Below, piece after piece: positions 59,300-64,000 of a DNA stretch of 64,000 nt. Made by a program: the position numbers and the translations under genes. Position 1 is the stretch's first letter; every line of letters begins with the position of its first letter. Origin of the DNA: Candidatus Versatilivorator sp. (GTDB taxonomy: Bacteria; Acidobacteriota; Terriglobia; Versatilivoradales; Versatilivoraceae); contig OZ242296.1 in NCBI GenBank assembly GCA_965207735.1, positions 4,672,001 to 4,736,000 of the forward strand, read 5' to 3'. The notes below the pieces were generated by a model. It made no database searches, was not told where the DNA came from, and was given only the letters and a program-made list of their open reading frames with translations.

Positions 59300-60211
59300 T
59301 CACTGCTGTTTCAGTCTGTCGGCGTGGACTCGGGCCACGTCCCCCATGTAGTGCTTGACGGGATAGCGCTCGGCGGCCAGGACCAGATTCCGACGGGCCT
59401 CGGTCTCGTCTCCCAGGGCTTCATGGTACAACCCCAGGTAGAGGTGGGCGTAAAAGAGTTGCCGGTTGCGAACCTCGGGGTCGCTGTCTCCTGCCTGGGC
59501 CGCCCGCATGACTTCATCGATGGTTCCTTCTCCCTTGAACAATCGATAGATCTCCATCATGGGGACCCGCCGATCCCCTTCGATATTCAGGAGGGACTGA
59601 CGGGCATTCCTCACCCCCTCCAGTCGCGCCCCGCAGAGAAAGTGCCACACGGCGTTCTCCACGTCGTTGGCGTTGACCTGCTGATGGGATTGGAACTGAG
59701 CCCGGCCCTTGCGATAGAGACCGGCGTAGTAATAGGAGATGCCGCGCTGCCAATGGTAGGGTTCCTGATTGGGCTCGAGTTCAATCGCCCGGTCGAAATC
59801 GGCGATGGAAGCCTCGATCTGGCCCAGCTTGAAGTGCTCGCTGCCACGACGGTTGTAGACCTCCACCGCTTTGGGATCGAGCTTCACCACGGCATCGTAA
59901 TCGGCAATGGCCCGGCGGTGTCGTCCCTGCGTCTCATGGAGCCGCCCGCGGATATAGAAACACTGCGGGTTTTGAGGGTCCCGTTCAACGGCTCGGGTTG
60001 CGAGTGAGAGGGCCTGGGCCAGGTCCCCGCGTTGATAGGCGCTGCGGGCTTGCGACAGCAGGTCGGTCACGGACACATCCTCGGCCAGGAGGACGCTCCC
60101 CAGAACCGCAAGGGACGCGATGACGCCCAGGAACCGAGACCATTGCGGACACCGCCGTCTCTGTTGCTGCGATGGGATGCTTCGCGGCCGAACCGACGAT
60201 CCTCCACCCAT
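59300..60211 (-). CDS. tetratricopeptide repeat protein (NlpI-like)
   Basis: TPR helices AIADYDAVV and SIADFDRAIEL; WQRGISYYY; NDVENAVW. Confidence 0.85.
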   Translation of the reverse strand: MGGGSSVRPRSIPSQQQRRRCPQWSRFLGVIASLAVLGSVLLAEDVSVTDLLSQARSAYQRGDLAQALSLATRAVERDPQNPQCFYIRGRLHETQGRHRRAIADYDAVVKLDPKAVEVYNRRGSEHFKLGQIEASIADFDRAIELEPNQEPYHWQRGISYYYAGLYRKGRAQFQSHQQVNANDVENAVWHFLCGARLEGVRNARQSLLNIEGDRRVPMMEIYRLFKGEGTIDEVMRAAQAGDSDPEVRNRQLFYAHLYLGLYHEALGDETEARRNLVLAAERYPVKHYMGDVARVHADRLKQQ

Positions 60212-60353
60212 ACTGTCCCTCCTCAAGCCGGAACCTGGCTAGTTTAAAACCCCCTCGGAACATCCTCAACAGATATTGTTGTTCCTTCCTCTGTATATAA
60301 TTGGCAATAGTAGAGTCTATTGACAATCGTTGGTTCCAAGAAAAGGAGTTTTC

Positions 60354-61124
60354 ATGAAACGCCTATCCATCCTGCTTCCTTCCCTGGCGGTCGGGCTTTG
60401 CCTGGTCCTCATTCTGCTGTCACGGCTCGGCCCCGCTTCGGGAGCCGCCGCACAGCCGGGGGCCGAAGGCCTCACCCAGGCTCAAATCATCGAGGCCCTC
60501 AAGAAAGCCAGCACCGGCAACCTGGCGGATGCCATCGAGACTACTACCGGAAGGGCCGGATTCATGACCCACGACATGAAGCCCATCTTTCGGGCCAAGG
60601 TGGTGGGTCCGGCGGCGACGGCGCTGTTGAGGCCGATCCTGACCACCGACAAACGCAAGTATCCCAACTACCACCTCCAGGTACTGGACGAGGCCCCGGC
60701 GGGGAGCGTTCTGGTTTATGTCCTGGAAAACGGCCTGCACGTTTCCGGAATCGGCAACCTGATGGCCACCACCGCCACGGTCCGGGGTCTGGCGGGGGCG
60801 GTGATCGACGGAGCCGCCAGGGACATCGAGGAGATCGAACGCATCGGCTTTCCGGTCTACAGCCGAGCGGTCAGTCCCGCCACGGTGGTCGGGCGCTACG
60901 TGAGCGTTTCCATGCAGGAACCCGTGATCTGCGCCGGTGTGCCGGTGAGGCCGGGCGACTACATCGTGGGGGACAGCGATGGTGTGGTGGTCGTGCCCGC
61001 CGACAGGGCCGAGGATGTGCTGGCGCTGATCCGGGAATACGATGAGAAGGAGAGCGCCATGATTCCCTTGATCAAGGAGACCAGGTCCATGCTCAAAGCC
61101 CTGGCGAAATACGGCCGGTACTGA
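60354..61124 (+). CDS. RraA family / HMG aldolase-like protein with signal peptide
   Basis: LADA, GAVIDGAARD, VRPGDYIVGDSDGVVVVP; AAGGAG RBS. Confidence 0.88.
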   Translation: MKRLSILLPSLAVGLCLVLILLSRLGPASGAAAQPGAEGLTQAQIIEALKKASTGNLADAIETTTGRAGFMTHDMKPIFRAKVVGPAATALLRPILTTDKRKYPNYHLQVLDEAPAGSVLVYVLENGLHVSGIGNLMATTATVRGLAGAVIDGAARDIEEIERIGFPVYSRAVSPATVVGRYVSVSMQEPVICAGVPVRPGDYIVGDSDGVVVVPADRAEDVLALIREYDEKESAMIPLIKETRSMLKALAKYGRY

Positions 61125-61138
61125 GGGTGTTGGCCTTA

Positions 61139-62401
61139 TTAATTCGCGGTTTCCGGCAGCTGCCAGCGGACGATCTCCAGGTGAGTCTTCTCGTCCGGTG
61201 TGCGGTAGGAGTAGCTGGTGACCAGCGTTTTGTCCTCCAGTTGAACCGTCGGCCCGAACCCGCCGCCGCTGAGCATCCCGACGGGGTTCTTGGCATCCAG
61301 AACGATACGGTCATTGCCGAAGTCCAGTTGGAAGCCCTCCGGAACTTCCCGTCCCAGCACCGCCCGAACGCCCGGGGGCGGGGTGTTGGGAGGCACGGCT
61401 GCCCTCAGGGTGAAGGTGAACAGCAGGCGGCCATCCCGCAAGCGCATCAGGGCGGGGTACATTTCTCCGTAGTAGCTGCCGAACTCCTCCAGCGACCACT
61501 GGTGCCCGCCGTCTCGAGAGCGGTAGAGGACCATCCTCTCGTAATGGTCGATCTTCTCGGCGGGAATTTCCGTTCCCGGCAGGGGCGGAAAGTACTTGGG
61601 AGTGATCCGGCAGATAGCCAGCAGGTCGCCGGCGGGGGCCTGCCAGAGAAAAGCCTCTCCCAGGATGGGGAAGGGCAGGGCGCTCTGCTCCACACCCTCG
61701 AAGCGGCAAGCCATGGACTTGTCCCAGGTCTCGCCGCCGTCGTTCGATCTCCAGAGGAATTCGTGGCCCCCCTTGCCCCCGACCGCAAAGACCAGCGCTC
61801 CGGTGTCCAGCTCCAGTACGTTGCGGCCGGTGACTACCGTACCCGGACCCTCCATCCCCTTCAGGTCCTGGAAGCCGATTCGCTGTCCCTCCCAACTGTC
61901 TCCGCCGTCGGTGGACCGGTAGAGGAAGCTTTGGGTATAGCCTTCCCGGTTTCCCCTGGCCCGGGGCAGGAGATGGGTGCTGACGAAAATGGTGCCGTCC
62001 GAGGTGACCGACAGATAGGGTTCCCGTCCCAGCACCTCCAGCCTCCGGCGCCGCGACCAGTTGCGGCCCCCGTCTCGGGAGCGGTAGAGGAAGGCGTACT
62101 CTTCAGGGACTCCGCCCTCCCGGGGCGCGTGGAAGGCTACCAGCAGCAGTTGCCCGTCGGGCAGCCGGGCGATGCAGGGCTTGTAGTCCTCCGGGATGCC
62201 GATGGGAACCCGCTCCGAAGCCAGCCGGGTCTTACCGATGACGTTGGGATTCACTACCCGGACCGGGTCGGCAGGCTGTAGAGCCCCGGGACCGCATCCT
62301 CCCGTGGCCACCACCGTTGTCGCGGTGGCTGCCAGGACAAGACTCCGAAGCCGGGAGAGGCGCGGGCAGCCCCTGGCCGATCGGGGAGAAGTCGCGAACA
62401 T
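61139..62401 (-). CDS. BNR/Asp-box (sialidase-like) lipoprotein; start approximate
   Basis: SRDGGRNW, STDGGDSW, SNDGGETW, SRDGGHQW. Confidence 0.75.
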   Translation of the reverse strand: MFATSPRSARGCPRLSRLRSLVLAATATTVVATGGCGPGALQPADPVRVVNPNVIGKTRLASERVPIGIPEDYKPCIARLPDGQLLLVAFHAPREGGVPEEYAFLYRSRDGGRNWSRRRRLEVLGREPYLSVTSDGTIFVSTHLLPRARGNREGYTQSFLYRSTDGGDSWEGQRIGFQDLKGMEGPGTVVTGRNVLELDTGALVFAVGGKGGHEFLWRSNDGGETWDKSMACRFEGVEQSALPFPILGEAFLWQAPAGDLLAICRITPKYFPPLPGTEIPAEKIDHYERMVLYRSRDGGHQWSLEEFGSYYGEMYPALMRLRDGRLLFTFTLRAAVPPNTPPPGVRAVLGREVPEGFQLDFGNDRIVLDAKNPVGMLSGGGFGPTVQLEDKTLVTSYSYRTPDEKTHLEIVRWQLPETAN

Positions 62402-62607
62402 GAAAGCCTCCATTCTGATCGAGCGGCTCGCGGAGCAGGCGGGTTCCCTTGGCGAGCTTCCCAAGCTGCCTGCAGATGTTATCTCCGGCGGGGTTGGGGA
62501 GGAAGGGGAATCGGCAAAATAACCCTTGGAAACGATTCCTTATGTCTCTAGGATGGACTCGGAGACCGGCTTTTCAGCCAGGGGCCGGCTCGGAAAGGAT
62601 TCCAGCC

Positions 62608-63714
62608 ATGCCGCCCATCCGGATGGTGGATCTGCAACGCCAGCACAGCAGCCTCAGGGAGCCCATCGAGGCCGCCGTACGGGAGGTTCTGGAAGATTGC
62701 GACTTCGTGATGGGCCGGGCCGTGGCCGAGTTCGAGGCCGAGCTGAGCCGTTATCTGGGGGCCGGCTTTGCGGTGGGGTGCGCCTCGGGCACCGACGCTC
62801 TGCGGATTGCGCTGATGGCCCTGGAGATCGGCCCGGGCGACGAGGTCGTCACCACTCCCTTTACCTTCGCCGCTACGGTCGAGGCCATCGTGCTGCAGGG
62901 GGCACGTCCCGTCTTCGTGGATATCGATCCCCGCACCTACAACCTGGACCCCGGCCGGATCGAAGAACGGATCACCCCCAGGACCAAGGCCATCCTGCCG
63001 GTTCACCTCTTTGGCCATCCCGCCGATATGGCGCCCATCCTGGCGCTCGCCCGGGAGAGACAATTGCGGGTCATTGAAGATGCCGCCCAGGCCGTGGGCG
63101 CCCGCTATCGGGGGCAATTCGCCGGGACCGTGGGCGATATCGGCTGTCTCAGCTTCTATCCAGCCAAGCATCTGGGCGCTTGCGGAGACGCGGGAGCACT
63201 GCTGGCCAACGATCCCGATCTCGCCCGAAAGTGCCGCATGATCAGCCTGCATGGCGCCGATAAGCGGTACCGGCATGAGTTCCTCGGCCTCAACAGCCGG
63301 CTGGATTCCCTGCAGGCAGCCATCCTCAAGGTCAAGCTTTCCCATCTGGAGTCCTGGGTCGAGAGGCGGATACGGATTGCGGAGGCTTACGACCGGACCC
63401 TGGAGCCTCTCCCGCCAACCCCGCCCTACCGTGCTCCGGAGGTCAGGCACGTCTACAACCAGTACTCCATTCGCTCCCCCCGCCGTGACCGGCTGGCCGA
63501 GTTTCTCCGGGCCGGAGGCGTGGATTGCGCCATTCACTACCCCCTGCCGCTCCATCTGCAGCCGGCCTACCGGCGTTGGGCAGAGGGGGAGGGGTCCTTT
63601 CCCCATGCCGAAGCCCTGGCCGGAGAGATCCTTTCCCTGCCGGTTTATCCGGAACTGACATCGGAGGAGACGGACCGGGTCGCCGACACGGTCCGCGATT
63701 TCTGGAAGAGCTGA
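62608..63714 (+). CDS. DegT/DnrJ/EryC1/StrS family aminotransferase
   Basis: SGTDAL, PVHLFG, EDAAQA, SFYPAKHLG, NSRLD. Confidence 0.93.
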   Translation: MPPIRMVDLQRQHSSLREPIEAAVREVLEDCDFVMGRAVAEFEAELSRYLGAGFAVGCASGTDALRIALMALEIGPGDEVVTTPFTFAATVEAIVLQGARPVFVDIDPRTYNLDPGRIEERITPRTKAILPVHLFGHPADMAPILALARERQLRVIEDAAQAVGARYRGQFAGTVGDIGCLSFYPAKHLGACGDAGALLANDPDLARKCRMISLHGADKRYRHEFLGLNSRLDSLQAAILKVKLSHLESWVERRIRIAEAYDRTLEPLPPTPPYRAPEVRHVYNQYSIRSPRRDRLAEFLRAGGVDCAIHYPLPLHLQPAYRRWAEGEGSFPHAEALAGEILSLPVYPELTSEETDRVADTVRDFWKS

Positions 63715-63741
63715 CGCCATTCCCGAATTTGAAACAGCAGC

Positions 63742-64000
63742 TCAGCGTTTCGGAGAGGAGGGAGTTTTGTCGCTCTTGGTTCCGGCGTCGGAGGGCTTGC
63801 CGCCATTGCCGGAACCGGAGGATTCGCCGGAGGACTTGGACTCGGCGCCGGCTTTGGCGTCAGCGCCGGATTTGGAATCGGCGGCAGGCTTGGATTCGGC
63901 CTCGGACTTGGCCTTGGATTCCGGCTTGCGGGCGTAGTCGGTGACATACCAGCCGGTGCCCTTGAACTGGAAGGAAGTCCTGGAGATCAGCTTGGTCAAT
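63742..64000 (-). CDS. FmdB-family zinc-ribbon protein, C-terminal part (start lies outside the window)
   Basis: [13 protein letters not shown] motif followed by a low-complexity Ser/Lys tail. Confidence 0.8.
   Translation of the reverse strand, partial: LTKLISRTSFQFKGTGWYVTDYARKPESKAKSEAESKPAADSKSGADAKAGAESKSSGESSGSGNGGKPSDAGTKSDKTPSSPKR

Overview
GC-rich bacterial chromosomal segment. The gene content (Tat/lipoprotein glycoside-hydrolase-like and BNR proteins, a plant-type LRR protein, a GSDH-cytochrome c fusion) suggests an Acidobacteria-like, possibly sponge-associated organism; this is inference only. It holds carbohydrate catabolism and transport genes, two PIN toxin-antitoxin pairs, a LolD/FtsX/lipocalin ABC module, a hydantoinase A/B pair and a complete N-methylglutamate cluster (soxBDAG-like, glnT/gmaS, glxBCD/mgsABC). 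No rRNA, tRNA or CRISPR array was found. The most striking feature is a nested mobile-element system. An IS110-family recombinase element (about 56394-58067) shares both ends with about eight or nine short non-autonomous elements that carry different repeat cargo and often sit in head-to-tail arrays joined at an AG/CT core. The IS110 upstream non-coding region (candidate bridge RNA) contains two copies of a 7-mer matching the element's own right end. Two identical IS1182/IS5-like elements have inserted at the same position inside two of these mini-elements.
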